Assembly: GCF_964204645.1 (NCBI RefSeq)
Contig: NC_134030.1
Span: forward strand, 2,334,678-2,398,677
Length of the DNA: 64,000 bases
Reading direction: 5' to 3'
DNA from: Tubulanus polymorphus
Taxonomy: Eukaryota; Animalia; Nemertea
Below, piece by piece: positions 63,714 to 64,000 of the stretch. How positions within the stretch are numbered: the first letter of the stretch is position 1; the number at the start of each line of letters is the position of its first letter. Under the pieces are notes generated by a model that did not search any database, was not told the origin of the DNA, and worked only from the letters and a program-made list of their open reading frames with translations. Both the position numbers and the translations under genes were made by a program.

Positions 63714-64000
63714 TGGACGCATGAAACAGGGGTATCTAGTTTACAGGCGTCGGGTGAAATACTCCGAGTCCGCGTTTTAACAATCTCCCAAAAAGGTTTC
63801 CTTTGGTTTATTCGACGTTTTCGGCATTAAGCCACACATCTTTTTTTTATGCTAAACTCTAAATACAGTAAACCTCACTTAAGTCAGACATGACTAACTC
63901 GGACTCATTTCCTGACTTCCTAACACTTTTTTCCACCCTTAGCTCGCAGTCCCAGTTCTATCGTAGTCCTAGTTTTTTCCCGAATCGGGGTGACGTGTTC

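Overview
Animal (most likely lophotrochozoan invertebrate) nuclear DNA: AT-rich, with GT-AG introns and many repeats. Hand splicing supports four protein-coding genes. (1) The 5' part of a DEG/ENaC ion channel gene on the minus strand (3311 to beyond base 1). (2) A divergently transcribed six-exon opsin (4762-8661) that has the retinal lysine but NPxxI in place of NPxxY. (3) A five-exon 152-aa gene of unknown function (10614-13140) that the ORF track does not assemble. (4) A neuropeptide GPCR of the FMRFamide/MIP/RGWamide-receptor group with a single coding exon (35465-36811, minus). I recognise no CDS from 37 to 64 kb, which probably includes a 5'-UTR intron and upstream region of the GPCR. 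The non-coding DNA holds many MITEs, LINE/SINE fragments, mini- and microsatellites and numerous minimal hammerhead-ribozyme motifs of the Penelope-like type. The main candidates for follow-up are a 10-copy array of a 69-nt hammerhead-containing unit (10855-11521) and a non-coding cassette of six tandem exon-intron modules with conserved splice sites (16.5-17.9 kb). All calls are by eye, with no database searches.
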